From an uncultured Anaerolineales bacterium (GTDB lineage: Bacteria; Chloroflexota; Anaerolineae; Anaerolineales; UBA11858), in contig CAYZTL010000008.1 in NCBI GenBank assembly GCA_964481465.1, forward strand, positions 78,663 to 142,662: DNA of 64,000 nt. Direction: 5' to 3'. The notes beneath the pieces were generated by a model. That model was not told the origin of the DNA. It did no database searches and worked only from the letters and a program-made list of their open reading frames with translations. Position 1 is the first letter of the stretch. Each line of letters begins with the position of its first letter. The position numbers were made by a program, and so were the translations under genes. Positions 27,933 to 37,762 of the stretch are shown here, piece by piece.

Positions 27933-29969
27933 TCATTTCCTAAAACAGAAGACATGGACCTCTTTGGGCCCATGAACCCCAATATCCAGGGTCATTTCGA
28001 TGTCCGCGGTGCGGGACGGACCGCTGATGAGGTTAATCGCGGGAGACTGGATGATGGATGGGTTGGTCAGCACGGAAGACAAATTCGTGCAGATGTCATC
28101 TGCGTCCAGCACCGCCATATGAATGGGAGGAAGCAGGGAAGTTGCGGCAGGATGATCCACTCCTGTGGTAAGGACCAGGGTCCCGGTATTTGCGATCCCT
28201 GCCTGAGCCCCGGTCAACCCGATTTTTAGATCTGGACCGACATGATGGAGGATCTCAACGCCCTGCGATTTTAGGTGGGATAAGACCTGCTGGGGCAGAC
28301 TGGGCGCCTTCCAGGCGGTAACCCTGGAAATATCCCGTTCCCTGAGGAAGTGATGAATCTTCTGGGGGAGATCGTGGGCACTGCAGGGGATGAAGCTTCC
28401 ACCCAAAACCTCTAGTTCCCGCTGGAATTGATCCACAAGGGAATGTGGTCTTGGGACTGTTTTCTGGGGCTTAGTGCCCTGCTCCGCCTTTTTCGCGCTT
28501 CTCAAAGGTCCCTTTTCTACCTTCACCTCTTTCTGGAGGAGAGCATATTGTTCTCGAAAAGGTTTCCCAGCGGGACGGAAGAGGTCTTTAGAATACCCCC
28601 AGCCGGAGAAGGCGGGCATTGGGATCCAATCTGAAGAGGGAGAGATGATCTTCCCCAATCCGCTGAGGACCTTTTGGGCGAAATGAAATCGAAGTTTGTC
28701 TTTAGATAACCAGGTGAAGATGCGCAGGGTCAATTTAGTCAGCAGATTCAGCCCGGATGGTTGGTATTCGCCATTGGCTGTGGTCGGCAAATTCACACCT
28801 CCCGCCCTGACCCGTAAGAGCAATTTCGGAAGGTCGATTTTCACCGGGCAGGCTTCATAGCATACCTCGCAGAGTGTACTGGCTTGAGCTAAATGCCCGA
28901 AATTTTCTTGTCCGAAGATCCCCGGAGAGACGATGGAGCCGATCGGCCCGGGGTAAGGGGTGTGTTTTCCTCCCTTTCCAACGTACGCGTGTCCCCCGAT
29001 CTCTTGGAAAACCGGGCAGGCGTTGATGCAGGCCCCGCAGCGAATACACAGCAAGGCCTCTCGGAGCGGGGAGTCGCGCAGAGCAGACCGCCCGTTGTCC
29101 AGGATGATCAGGTGTCGCTCTTGCGGCCCCTCAGGGCCCGTGGAGGGTCTTGGGCCGTTGAGGATTTGCGTGTATACGGTTATTTTTTGTCCCGTAGCTG
29201 CCCGGGGGAGGAGTTCCAACATTAACGCCAGATCCTCCATGTCGGAGACCAGACGTTCACGTCCCATCAGCGCGATGTGCACAGGAGGGAGGGTAGTCAC
29301 CATCCTCCCGTTTCCTTCATTGGTCAGGATACAAATAGAGCCGCTGTCAGCGATGCTAAAATTGACGCCTGAAATGCCGATATCTGCCTTTAGGAAGATG
29401 TCCCGGAGGCGCTCCCGAGCGGCGTTGGTCAAAGTTGAGACATCCTCCGTGTAAGGGATCCCCAGTTTCTTTTGGAATGTCTTCCCGATCTCCGACCGAT
29501 TCAGGTGGACGGCAGGGGTGATGATGTGGGAAGGGTGTTCATCCCGCAGTTGGACGATGTATTCGCCGAGATCCGTTTCCACGACCTCGACACCCTTCGC
29601 TTCCAGGGCTTGATTGAGTTCGATCTCCTCGCTGACCATGGATTTCGATTTCACCACCAAAGAGGCTTTCTTCTCCTGGCAGATTTCAAGGATCAGTTCT
29701 CTGGCGTCCGCCGCGTCTTGTGCAGTGTGAACCGTAAAACCGTTAGATTGGATTGTATCGATAAAGGTTTCCAGGTACGAAGGGAGGTTATCGATGACAT
29801 CTGTCCGGACATGGTGCGCTTGCTGGCGAAGGGTCTCAAAGGGCTTGGATAGGGATCGGTAGGCTTCTTTGCGTGCTTGGGCCCGATTCTCGGCGTTTTT
29901 ATCCAAGGCGCGCTGCAGATCCTCATTTTGGAGGGCGCGCTGGATTTGCTGGTAAAATGTCAAACTCAT
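27933..29969 (-). CDS. lutB: Lactate utilization protein LutB (4Fe-4S) fused to a LutC-like LUD domain
   Basis: 'CIRCGACINACP' and 'CEVCYEACP' ferredoxin-type clusters. C-terminal 'GLTGAQAGIANTGTLVL' is a LUD/LutC motif. 678 aa from the ATG at 29969. Confidence 0.8.
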   Translation of the reverse strand: MSLTFYQQIQRALQNEDLQRALDKNAENRAQARKEAYRSLSKPFETLRQQAHHVRTDVIDNLPSYLETFIDTIQSNGFTVHTAQDAADARELILEICQEKKASLVVKSKSMVSEEIELNQALEAKGVEVVETDLGEYIVQLRDEHPSHIITPAVHLNRSEIGKTFQKKLGIPYTEDVSTLTNAARERLRDIFLKADIGISGVNFSIADSGSICILTNEGNGRMVTTLPPVHIALMGRERLVSDMEDLALMLELLPRAATGQKITVYTQILNGPRPSTGPEGPQERHLIILDNGRSALRDSPLREALLCIRCGACINACPVFQEIGGHAYVGKGGKHTPYPGPIGSIVSPGIFGQENFGHLAQASTLCEVCYEACPVKIDLPKLLLRVRAGGVNLPTTANGEYQPSGLNLLTKLTLRIFTWLSKDKLRFHFAQKVLSGLGKIISPSSDWIPMPAFSGWGYSKDLFRPAGKPFREQYALLQKEVKVEKGPLRSAKKAEQGTKPQKTVPRPHSLVDQFQRELEVLGGSFIPCSAHDLPQKIHHFLRERDISRVTAWKAPSLPQQVLSHLKSQGVEILHHVGPDLKIGLTGAQAGIANTGTLVLTTGVDHPAATSLLPPIHMAVLDADDICTNLSSVLTNPSIIQSPAINLISGPSRTADIEMTLDIGVHGPKEVHVFCFRK

Positions 29970-30048
29970 CAAGACCTCTTGCTTTGTTACGCGAAGATTT
30001 CCAACCGAAATGAAGTGCAGTGATCCCAGTCATAATTTCTGAAGATAA

Positions 30049-30804
30049 CTATATCCCGCTGCTCAATACTTCTGCGATGTGGACGACTTGAGGGGATTGA
30101 TTTTTTCGGTGCAATCCACCGGCGATGTGGAGGAGGCAGCCCGTATCTGCGGTGACCACCATAGGTGCCCCTGTCCGTTCAATGTGATCGATCTTGCGTT
30201 GGAGCATCTCTTTCGAGATCAGAGGGTGTTTCACGGAGAAAACACCGCCGAACCCGCAACATTCTTCCGCATAAGGTAGGTCAAGTATTTCCAGACTACC
30301 CTGATCTTCCGTGTTGGAATCCTTCACCTTGGATAATAGAAGGCGGGGCTGTTCGTCGACCCCTAAACTGCGATGGAGGTGACAGGAGGGATGATAGGTG
30401 ACAGGACCCGGGTAGCTGGCACCCAATTCTGTTACTCCCAATCCGTCAACCAAATACTCCGTAAACTCGTACGTCCTCCGAGCTAGATTTTGAGCGCGCG
30501 GAAGCCACTCGGGATCGTTCCTGAAAAGTTCCAAATAACTTTTGCGGAGCATCGCTGTGCAGGATCCGGAGGGAAGGATAAGAGGGGAGGGGTCTTTTTC
30601 AAAAGTCTGAATGGTATGGATGGCCATTTCACGGGCCTGAGAACGCATGCCGGCGTTGAAGGCGGGCTGTCCACAGCAGGTTTGGTCCTCCGGAAATATG
30701 GCCGCTACACCCACGTGAGCCAACACCTTGAGGACAGACTCACCAATTTGGGGTCGAAAAGTGTCTGGTAAACAGGTGATGAAAAGCTGGACTGTTTTTT
30801 TCAT
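30049..30804 (-). CDS. lutA: Lactate utilization protein LutA ((Fe-S)-binding CCG-domain oxidoreductase)
   Basis: 'VQLFITCLPDTFRPQIG...DQTCCGQPAFNAG' and a second CCG motif 'ECCGFGG'. Confidence 0.85.
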   Translation of the reverse strand: MKKTVQLFITCLPDTFRPQIGESVLKVLAHVGVAAIFPEDQTCCGQPAFNAGMRSQAREMAIHTIQTFEKDPSPLILPSGSCTAMLRKSYLELFRNDPEWLPRAQNLARRTYEFTEYLVDGLGVTELGASYPGPVTYHPSCHLHRSLGVDEQPRLLLSKVKDSNTEDQGSLEILDLPYAEECCGFGGVFSVKHPLISKEMLQRKIDHIERTGAPMVVTADTGCLLHIAGGLHRKNQSPQVVHIAEVLSSGI

Positions 30805-30858
30805 TGTTTTAATTTTAGAAGCAATTGTTAGTGTATTTTATCCTATCTTTCCCCTCTG

Positions 30859-30887
30859 TTTACGCTTTGCAGGGGGAGTGGTACAAT
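30859..30887 (+). promoter_or_regulatory. Candidate sigma-70 promoter for the phosphorylase gene
   Basis: TTTACG (30859-30864), a 17-nt spacer, then TGgTACAAT (extended -10; TACAAT at 30882-30887). It lies about 65 nt upstream of the ATG at 30953. Confidence 0.35.
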
Positions 30888-30952
30888 CTACCCGGTTTTT
30901 CTTACATAGGTCGTGACCGTTCGCCCGGTGTAATCCAGAGGATAACCCCATT

Positions 30953-33103
30953 ATGGAAGAGTACCATACTGAGATCCCAAACCATTTCGTTCTACCCAAG
31001 CGTGTTGATCGCTTAGGGGAATTGGCTTACAACCTGTGGTGGACGTGGAACCCCGATGTTCAGCGCCTATACAAGCGCATAGATGTTGATTTGTGGGAAA
31101 AATTCGATCATAATCCCATTCTCTTCTTACGGAATGTGGAGCGACCTAAGTTGAATGCGATGACTACGGACAGCTATTATTTGGATTTTTACGATCGAGC
31201 TTTACTGGCTTTTGATCAATATATGGCCAGGGAAGATACCTGGTATGAAAAAAACCATGGGAAAATTTTGGACGAGGAAATCGCTTATTTTTCCACTGAA
31301 TTCGGCCTGCATGAAACATTACCCTTTTACGCAGGGGGGCTGGGGGTTTTGTCCGGGGATCATGTCAAAGAAGCTAGCGATCTGGGATTACCGTTGGTTG
31401 CCTTGGGCTTCTTTTATACCAAAGGTTACTTCACGCAAAAGATAAGTGAAGATGGATGGCAGGAAGCCCAATATGTACGGTTAAAGTTTGATGAATTACC
31501 TGTTCTTTCCATAAATGACGAGGAGGGGTCTCCGCTCACGATCAGCGTGAATCTTCCTGGACGCGAGGTGCTGGCGCGGATTTGGAAGATCCAAGTCGGA
31601 CGCGTTCCCCTCTATCTGTTGGATAGTGATGTGGAGGGAAACAGCCCTGAAGATCGTGAATTGACATCCCGGTTGTACAGCAGTGATCTGGACCTCCGCA
31701 TCTCACAGGAAATACTATTAGGCATCGGGGGGGTTCGGGCGCTGCGCAAATTGGGTCACGATCCAAATGTCTGGCATATGAATGAAGGGCACTCTGCTTT
31801 TTTGGCTTTGGAGCGGATCCGAGAGTTGGTGGACGAGGGCCATGCCTTTGACGACGCGAAAGAAATGGTCAAGGGGAAAACCGTGTTTACAACCCATACC
31901 CCTGTCCCTGCGGGCAGTGATCAGTTCCCTTTGTGGTTGATGGACAAATATTTTTCGTATTATTGGAAAGAGTTGGGACTGGAACGGGAAGAGTTCATCA
32001 ACCTGGCCAGGCACGAGGCCTCCTGGGGGGATACCTTCAGCATGCCAGTTTTAGCCATGCGTATGTCTGGGTTAAGGAACGGTGTGTCTGAATTGCATGG
32101 GCAGGTAGCGAGAAAGATGTGGCAATACCTTTGGCCTGACCGGAACGTTGAGGATGTTCCGATTTCCTACATCACAAACGGGATTCATACAGGTACCTGG
32201 TTAGCCCGCCGATTGCGGCATCTCTATGGGCGCTATCTGGGTCGGGATTGGTTGGACCGGATCGACGATCCGGAAGTTTGGGAAGCCGTGGAAGCGATCC
32301 CGGATGAGGAATTATGGGCAGTGCGGCGGCACTTGAAGCGCAAGCTGGTCTTCTATATGCGGGAACGGGCAAGAGATCAGTGGCTTCATGATGAAGTCCA
32401 TCCCGTGCAGGTCGTCGCTTCAGGAGCTCTCTTGGACCCCTATGCATTGACATTGGGTTTTGCCAGGCGGTTTGCGACCTATAAACGGGCAGATTTAATT
32501 TTGAGTGATATGGATCGTTTGCTTAAACTCGTCAACCAACCTAACAGGCCGGTCCAGATCATATTTGCGGGCAAGGCGCATCCGGCAGACAAACCTGGCA
32601 AACTCCTCATCCAAAAGGTGTATCGGAAAGTAAAACAGGCGGAGAATGGGGGCAGGTTGGTATTCTTAGAGGATTACGACATGAACCTGGCCCGCTATTT
32701 GGTTCAAGGTGTGGATGTGTGGGTCAACACGCCCCGTCGCCCCAACGAAGCCTCGGGAACCTCCGGAGAAAAGGCCGCCTTGAATGGTGTGCTAAACTTT
32801 TCCATCCTCGATGGTTGGTGGAGGGAGGGGTATAACGGTCAGAATGGATGGGCTATCGGGGATGAGACGGATTATGAAGATCCTGACTTGCAGGACCAAA
32901 AAGACGCAGAGAGTTTATATGATGTCCTCGAAAATGAAATCATCCCCCTGTATTACCAGCGTTCAGCGGGAAATATACCTACAGAGTGGATTTCCCATAT
33001 GAAAGAATCCATTCGAACGTTGGCACCTACCTTCAGCATGCGGCGGATGGTGAAAGAGTATGCCAGTGATATGTATTTTGACCTCATGGAGGGAAACGGC
33101 TAG
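30953..33103 (+). CDS. glgP: Alpha-glucan phosphorylase (GT35, DUF3417-containing maltodextrin/glycogen phosphorylase type)
   Basis: 'YFSTEFGLHETLPFYAGGLGVLSGDHVKEASDLGLPLVALG' and 'EASGTSGEKAALNG' (PLP lysine). Confidence 0.88.
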   Translation: MEEYHTEIPNHFVLPKRVDRLGELAYNLWWTWNPDVQRLYKRIDVDLWEKFDHNPILFLRNVERPKLNAMTTDSYYLDFYDRALLAFDQYMAREDTWYEKNHGKILDEEIAYFSTEFGLHETLPFYAGGLGVLSGDHVKEASDLGLPLVALGFFYTKGYFTQKISEDGWQEAQYVRLKFDELPVLSINDEEGSPLTISVNLPGREVLARIWKIQVGRVPLYLLDSDVEGNSPEDRELTSRLYSSDLDLRISQEILLGIGGVRALRKLGHDPNVWHMNEGHSAFLALERIRELVDEGHAFDDAKEMVKGKTVFTTHTPVPAGSDQFPLWLMDKYFSYYWKELGLEREEFINLARHEASWGDTFSMPVLAMRMSGLRNGVSELHGQVARKMWQYLWPDRNVEDVPISYITNGIHTGTWLARRLRHLYGRYLGRDWLDRIDDPEVWEAVEAIPDEELWAVRRHLKRKLVFYMRERARDQWLHDEVHPVQVVASGALLDPYALTLGFARRFATYKRADLILSDMDRLLKLVNQPNRPVQIIFAGKAHPADKPGKLLIQKVYRKVKQAENGGRLVFLEDYDMNLARYLVQGVDVWVNTPRRPNEASGTSGEKAALNGVLNFSILDGWWREGYNGQNGWAIGDETDYEDPDLQDQKDAESLYDVLENEIIPLYYQRSAGNIPTEWISHMKESIRTLAPTFSMRRMVKEYASDMYFDLMEGNG

Positions 33104-33187
33104 GGCAGGGAAGAATGGAAGACAAGAGTAGGGTGGTTGGTGACTTGGTTACTAACTACCTTATAGTTTTTAATGGAGGTGGGTTTT

Positions 33188-33727
33188 ATGAATTCATTCT
33201 TTACGTTTCAAGTGACACAGGAGTCGTTATTGATTGCCTTAATAATCTTCGCATTCCGGGTGTTTGAAATGAGCCTGGATACCCTTCGGGTCCTGTTCAC
33301 ATTCCGGGGGAAGAAAGTTCAGGTATGGTTGATCGGTTTTATCCGTTCCGCGATCTTTGTGATGACCATCGCCTTTGTGCTCGCCAATGTAGAGAACCTG
33401 TTCAATGTGGTGGCGTACGCAGGGGGATTTGCAACCGGAAATATTTTGGGTATGTGGTTGGAAGAGCGGTTGGCTCTGGGTTTTGTGGAATTGCGGATTG
33501 TCAGCCCTCGCCGCGGGCAGGCGATCATGGAGTACTTACGGGAGCAGGATTTCGCGGTCACGGAGTACCTGGCACGGGGGAAGGACGGCATGGTCAGTGT
33601 GCTGGGGTGTACGGTGCGAAGGAAGTATGCCCCGAAAGTGGAAAAAAGCGTGCGCGAGATCGATGAGGAAGCTTTTGTGACCGCGGAGGATGTGCGCTCC
33701 GTCCAGCGGGGTTTCTGGCGGGCATAA
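33188..33727 (+). CDS. UPF0316 / DUF2179 family membrane protein
   Basis: Three N-terminal TM segments plus a C-terminal 'RIVSPRRGQAIMEYLREQDFAVTEY...' DUF2179-like domain. The ATG at 33188 follows GGAGGTG, which itself lies inside the track's earlier start at 33173. Confidence 0.6.
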   Translation: MNSFFTFQVTQESLLIALIIFAFRVFEMSLDTLRVLFTFRGKKVQVWLIGFIRSAIFVMTIAFVLANVENLFNVVAYAGGFATGNILGMWLEERLALGFVELRIVSPRRGQAIMEYLREQDFAVTEYLARGKDGMVSVLGCTVRRKYAPKVEKSVREIDEEAFVTAEDVRSVQRGFWRA

Positions 33728-34043
33728 GATTCGGGATCAGTCTAATTTGTTCTGCCTTCTAGATCCTTCAATTTATCCCTCGCCCAGCTGGGTTTTATTT
33801 TTGGACACGGAAGACATATTTCTGGTATACCTCTCTGGAAAAAGGAAGGGGAAAAAAGTAGGGCAGTATTGAAGACTTAGAAGGGGGTTATTTTCTTGAG
33901 TATTTCTTTCTACACACGGGAGATGGTCTTCAGGAATCCTGGAGGCATCCCACCAGTGATGGCTATCTCCTTCTCCCATTTGCTTCTGAGAGTTGCTTGG
34001 ATCCCTAAATCCCTTAAAATTAAGATTAATAAGTTGATATTTG

Positions 34044-34073
34044 TTGACAAACTAAAGCCGGATATGTTACGAT
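34044..34073 (+). promoter_or_regulatory. Candidate sigma-70 promoter of the eda operon
   Basis: TTGACA (34044-34049), an 18-nt spacer, then TACGAT (34068-34073). Confidence 0.5.
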
Positions 34074-34083
34074 ATTTACTGTA

Positions 34084-34098
34084 TGAAAGCTGTTTTCA
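34084..34098. promoter_or_regulatory. KdgR/IclR-type operator candidate
   Basis: Palindrome TGAAA-gctgt-TTTCA immediately downstream of the -10. An additional TATGAAAA half-site lies at about 34102. It resembles the core of enterobacterial KdgR boxes (..TGAAA..N..TTTCA..). Confidence 0.4.
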
Positions 34099-34128
34099 CT
34101 CTATGAAAACGCACTAAAGGGGAAAAAC

Positions 34129-34779
34129 ATGAACAGCGTGATTTCTAATCCATTGCAGAGCATTAAAAAGAGTGGGGTCATTGGGATCATGCGTGCGGAT
34201 AGTTCAGAGCAGTTACTACAGGCTGCTGATGCGCTTAAGGCAGGGGGTGTGATCGCTATTGAGGTCACAATGACGACTCCGGGAGCCTTGGAGGTCATCA
34301 AGAAAGCCACAGCCAAGTATGGGGAGGAAATTCTTTTTGGCGTTGGATCTGTCTTAGATCCGGAAACAGCCCGGATGGCAATTTTATCTGGCGCACAATT
34401 TGTCGTATGTCCCACATTGAATTTAGAGACCATAGAGATATGTAGACGCTATTCTGTACCTGTTGTACCCGGCGCATATACACCTTCAGAAATCCTGACT
34501 GCCTGGGAAGCAGGCGCAGATATGGTTAAGATATTCCCCGCCAGTATTGGGGGGCCTTCTTTAATCAAAGCCGTTAAAGCCCCGCTTCCACAAATTGAAG
34601 TAGTGCCGGTTGGAGGTGTGAACTTAGATACTGCAGCTGATTATATACGTGCTGGAGCCAGCGCTTTGGGTGTAGGGAGTTCTTTGATTAATCAGAAAGC
34701 GTTGGAAGCTCAAGACTTCAACAAAATCACTGAGAATGCCCGCCTATTTCAAGAAGAGGTAAAAAAAGGCCGAAGTTAA
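34129..34779 (+). CDS. eda: 2-dehydro-3-deoxyphosphogluconate / 4-hydroxy-2-oxoglutarate aldolase
   Basis: 'GVIGIMRADS', 'GGVIAIEVTMTTPGALEVI', 'VKIFPA', 'VPVGGV'. Confidence 0.85.
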   Translation: MNSVISNPLQSIKKSGVIGIMRADSSEQLLQAADALKAGGVIAIEVTMTTPGALEVIKKATAKYGEEILFGVGSVLDPETARMAILSGAQFVVCPTLNLETIEICRRYSVPVVPGAYTPSEILTAWEAGADMVKIFPASIGGPSLIKAVKAPLPQIEVVPVGGVNLDTAADYIRAGASALGVGSSLINQKALEAQDFNKITENARLFQEEVKKGRS

Positions 34780-34965
34780 TAAGTTGTTGATTACTCGTTG
34801 AAACGCTTAATTACTTGACCCAAACCCGCTAAGATCATCCAATACAAAAAGCAAGGAGGTTGACTGTACTGTTAATCGCATCAACCTAAATCCACAAATA
34901 GTCTATTTACAATTTGAAGTGCTAATGGGTTCTCCCTCGTGATATGTATTTAGTAAAGAAGGGTT

Positions 34966-35766
34966 ATGGCAGACTCAAAAACACCTACTTCTAGTCGTTA
35001 CAATGTTCGGGTGATTAATAGGGCGGTAAGTATATTAAGGTTGCTTTCAGATGGAAAGCCAAGAACTTTAATGGCAATTAGTCATGAATTGGACCTCAGC
35101 AGCAGCACAGCATACCGTTTACTTTCGTCTCTTTCATCTCACAGGCTGATCCAACTGGAAGAATCCACTGGGCATTATCGTTTGGGGATTGCTTGTTTAG
35201 AGTTGTCATATGCGTATCACTCTAAAAATGAGGTTCGAAAAGTGGCGATGCCGGAACTGGAAAAATTGCGGGATTCCACCAAAGAAACCGTTCATTTAGC
35301 GATTTTAGATGAAAACGAGATCATCTATTTGGAGAAATTGGAAGGGTTATTTGCCATTGGAATCATGTCTTCCCGAGTTGGCAAACGTTCACCTGCATAT
35401 TGTACGGGGATAGGAAAAGCTCTCCTCGCCTATGAGGACCCCGAACATATTCGAAAGCATTTCAACGAAAACAATCTAAAACCTTATACAGACAATACGA
35501 TTGTGAACTTAGAACAATTAATTAAACATCTCCAGAAAGTTCGTCAAAGGGGATATGCGCTTGATGTTGGCGAGCACGAGGGTGAGGTTCGATGCATCGC
35601 TGCACCGGTATTTGATCAGAATGGAGATGCGGTAGCAGCGATTAGCGTATCAGGACCTAAAAAAAGAATGGACCCGGTGGAGTTGAATGATAAGTTGATT
35701 GAAAAAACAATCGAAACGGCTAATACAATATCCGCAAAACTCGGGTATAACGCTAATCAAAGGTGA
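34966..35766 (+). CDS. IclR-family transcriptional regulator (KdgR-like)
   Basis: N-terminal wHTH 'RAVSILRLLSDGKPRTLMAISHELDLSSSTAYRLLSSL'. C-terminal effector domain 'GEVRCIAAPVFDQNGDAVAAISVSGP'. Confidence 0.85.
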   Translation: MADSKTPTSSRYNVRVINRAVSILRLLSDGKPRTLMAISHELDLSSSTAYRLLSSLSSHRLIQLEESTGHYRLGIACLELSYAYHSKNEVRKVAMPELEKLRDSTKETVHLAILDENEIIYLEKLEGLFAIGIMSSRVGKRSPAYCTGIGKALLAYEDPEHIRKHFNENNLKPYTDNTIVNLEQLIKHLQKVRQRGYALDVGEHEGEVRCIAAPVFDQNGDAVAAISVSGPKKRMDPVELNDKLIEKTIETANTISAKLGYNANQR

Positions 35767-35782
35767 ATATATTAAGGAGAAA

Positions 35783-36466
35783 ATGATGCGGAAAATTATC
35801 AATACGAGAGAGAAAATTCCTTCTCCTGATCTTATGCAGGGTTTTCGGGATTTATTAAAGTATTACAGCCCATCCTGCGTTGTGGCAGATGCTCAGGAAC
35901 GCGCCGGCGTGATGGGCAGTTATATTAAACCCATAGATCCTGCTGCTCGTTTTGCAGGCCAGGCACTCACTGTCCGCTTGGAGCCTGGAAACCAGGTTGA
36001 TTGTCTGGATGCCCTTTCTGTCGCACAAGAGGGGGATGTCGTGGTTGTCGATGCAGCAGGGGAAACGGAAACTTCAATATGGGGGGGGCTTATGTCCGGC
36101 TTGTGCCAAATGAAAGGCGTGGTGGGTGCTGTTGTGGATGGTGCGATCCGAGATGTAGATGAAACCCGTGATTTAGGATTCTACGTTCTTTCTAAAGCTG
36201 TGGTCCCCCGATCCACCCATACGCCTGTCTCGGGGCGGATGGAACCCATTGAAATCAATGTACCTATTCAATGTGCGGGAACTTTGGTAAACCCGGGAGA
36301 CATCATTGTCGCTGACGAAAACGGAGTGGTCGTTGTCCCTCTGGATAATGCAGAAGATGTCTTGGAAAAAGCGAAAGCCCAAGCGCAGCAAGAGGAGGCT
36401 ACCCGGGAGAGGATCCGTGAAGGGAAGACTGTGGAAGAATTGCTTGAAGAGTTTGGGCGTCTATAA
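35783..36466 (+). CDS. RraA-family protein / 4-hydroxy-4-methyl-2-oxoglutarate-type aldolase
   Basis: 'GDVVVVDAAG...WGGLMSGLCQMKGVVGAVVDGAIRDVDE'. The ATG at 35783 follows AAGGAGA. Confidence 0.75.
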   Translation: MMRKIINTREKIPSPDLMQGFRDLLKYYSPSCVVADAQERAGVMGSYIKPIDPAARFAGQALTVRLEPGNQVDCLDALSVAQEGDVVVVDAAGETETSIWGGLMSGLCQMKGVVGAVVDGAIRDVDETRDLGFYVLSKAVVPRSTHTPVSGRMEPIEINVPIQCAGTLVNPGDIIVADENGVVVVPLDNAEDVLEKAKAQAQQEEATRERIREGKTVEELLEEFGRL

Positions 36467-36558
36467 AAGGTTTGATTTTCTGTGCTCCTGACCTGGAAAG
36501 CGACAAACCTTGAGAATAGAAAAGATTAGCTATTGACGAATGAATAGGGAGGTAGGGC

Positions 36559-37737
36559 ATGGCGAAAATAGACACGCAACGTTTGAGTAAACTGCGGGAT
36601 CGAATGAGGGATGAAGGGATTGATGCCCTCATTTGCAGGCTTCCGGAGAATGTGGTGTATCTCTCGAATTATTGGCCCCACCATGGGTTTTCCTTTGTTA
36701 TTTTCACTGCGGAGGGACGCACTGAACTGTTTTTACCGGAAGTTGAAGAGGAATACGCGGATCGTGATTGGGCGAATGTGACCACTTTTGGATGGGGGTT
36801 ATTAAAAGATGATGACCTCTATGCAAGTTACCGGCGCATTCTTTCAGAAGCGAAGAAAAGTCTGGGGTTCCAAAATGCTGTTATTGGTGTTGAGAAATCT
36901 TTAGAAATCACGGGTCCCACCTATCGAATGGCTGAGCCCGTAGTTCCCGCTGAACCGTGGCATAACTTGCTTGGAGAGATTTTCAGCCAAGAGAAGCTTG
37001 TGGATGTCATCGGGTTAATTGCAGAAGTTCGAGCAGTCAAAACCCCTTATGAACTGGAGAAATTACGCACCGCGAATAAAATCGCCGAAATAGGGATGCA
37101 GGCCTTCCTCGATCAGCTCGAACCGGGAATGACGGAAGTTGAGGTTGGAGCCCTCGTGGAAGGGACCATCAGAGCGGAGGGACCAGGAACTGACGGCGCG
37201 AAATTGGTCCGTGCCTCAGCTGAGGTAGGAGCAGGCCCTGTTGGGAGCACGAAAGGCACATTGTTGGTGCCTTCATCGACCAGGAGAATCGAAGAAGGTT
37301 ACCTTGTGATGGTTGAGTTGGCCACCGTGGTTGATGGGTATTGGTCTGATCTCACCTATATGTCCGTTGCTGGTGAACCGAGCGATCGCCAGCGGGAAGT
37401 ATATAACACCGTCTTTGAAGCCCAACAGGCGGCAGCGTCATATATGAAAGAGGGGGCGTCCTTTGAGGATCCGGATCGCGCTGCGAGAGAGGTGCTTGAA
37501 AACGCTGATTTAGAAGAGTATTTTGTCCATATTACCGGTCATGCTGTGGGGTACCGCTATCACGAGTTCATCCCATTCTTATTACCGGGAATGGAAGGGA
37601 CGTTGAAGGAAGGAATGGTCAGCAGTGTCGAACCCGGTGTGTATATTCCCGATTTTGGTGGAATCCGAATCGAGGACAATGTAGCTGTAGGAAAGCAGGG
37701 TCCGGATTTCCTATCTACGCCCCGGGAACCATGGTGA
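36559..37737 (+). CDS. M24-family metallohydrolase (Xaa-Pro dipeptidase / creatinase-like)
   Basis: Creatinase_N-like N-terminus. Pita-bread metal ligands are in 'DGYWSDLT', 'HITGHAVG', 'SVEPGVY' and 'IRIEDNV'. Confidence 0.75.
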   Translation: MAKIDTQRLSKLRDRMRDEGIDALICRLPENVVYLSNYWPHHGFSFVIFTAEGRTELFLPEVEEEYADRDWANVTTFGWGLLKDDDLYASYRRILSEAKKSLGFQNAVIGVEKSLEITGPTYRMAEPVVPAEPWHNLLGEIFSQEKLVDVIGLIAEVRAVKTPYELEKLRTANKIAEIGMQAFLDQLEPGMTEVEVGALVEGTIRAEGPGTDGAKLVRASAEVGAGPVGSTKGTLLVPSSTRRIEEGYLVMVELATVVDGYWSDLTYMSVAGEPSDRQREVYNTVFEAQQAAASYMKEGASFEDPDRAAREVLENADLEEYFVHITGHAVGYRYHEFIPFLLPGMEGTLKEGMVSSVEPGVYIPDFGGIRIEDNVAVGKQGPDFLSTPREPW

Positions 37738-37762
37738 TCGATAAGAAGAAAAGAGGAGGTGA

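Noticed and set aside
27925-27935. The coaBC and lutBC stop codons converge with only 5 nt between them and no terminator hairpin.
   Set aside because: This is real in the sequence but is not evidence of a distinct feature. Convergent read-through is common in compact genomes. It is noted under the lutBC finding only.
33773-34117. Track ORFs of 68 aa (minus strand) and 73 aa (plus strand) in the eda leader region.
   Set aside because: No Shine-Dalgarno sequence, odd composition, and they overlap each other. The plus-strand ORF runs through the predicted promoter and operator. I treated the region as non-coding.
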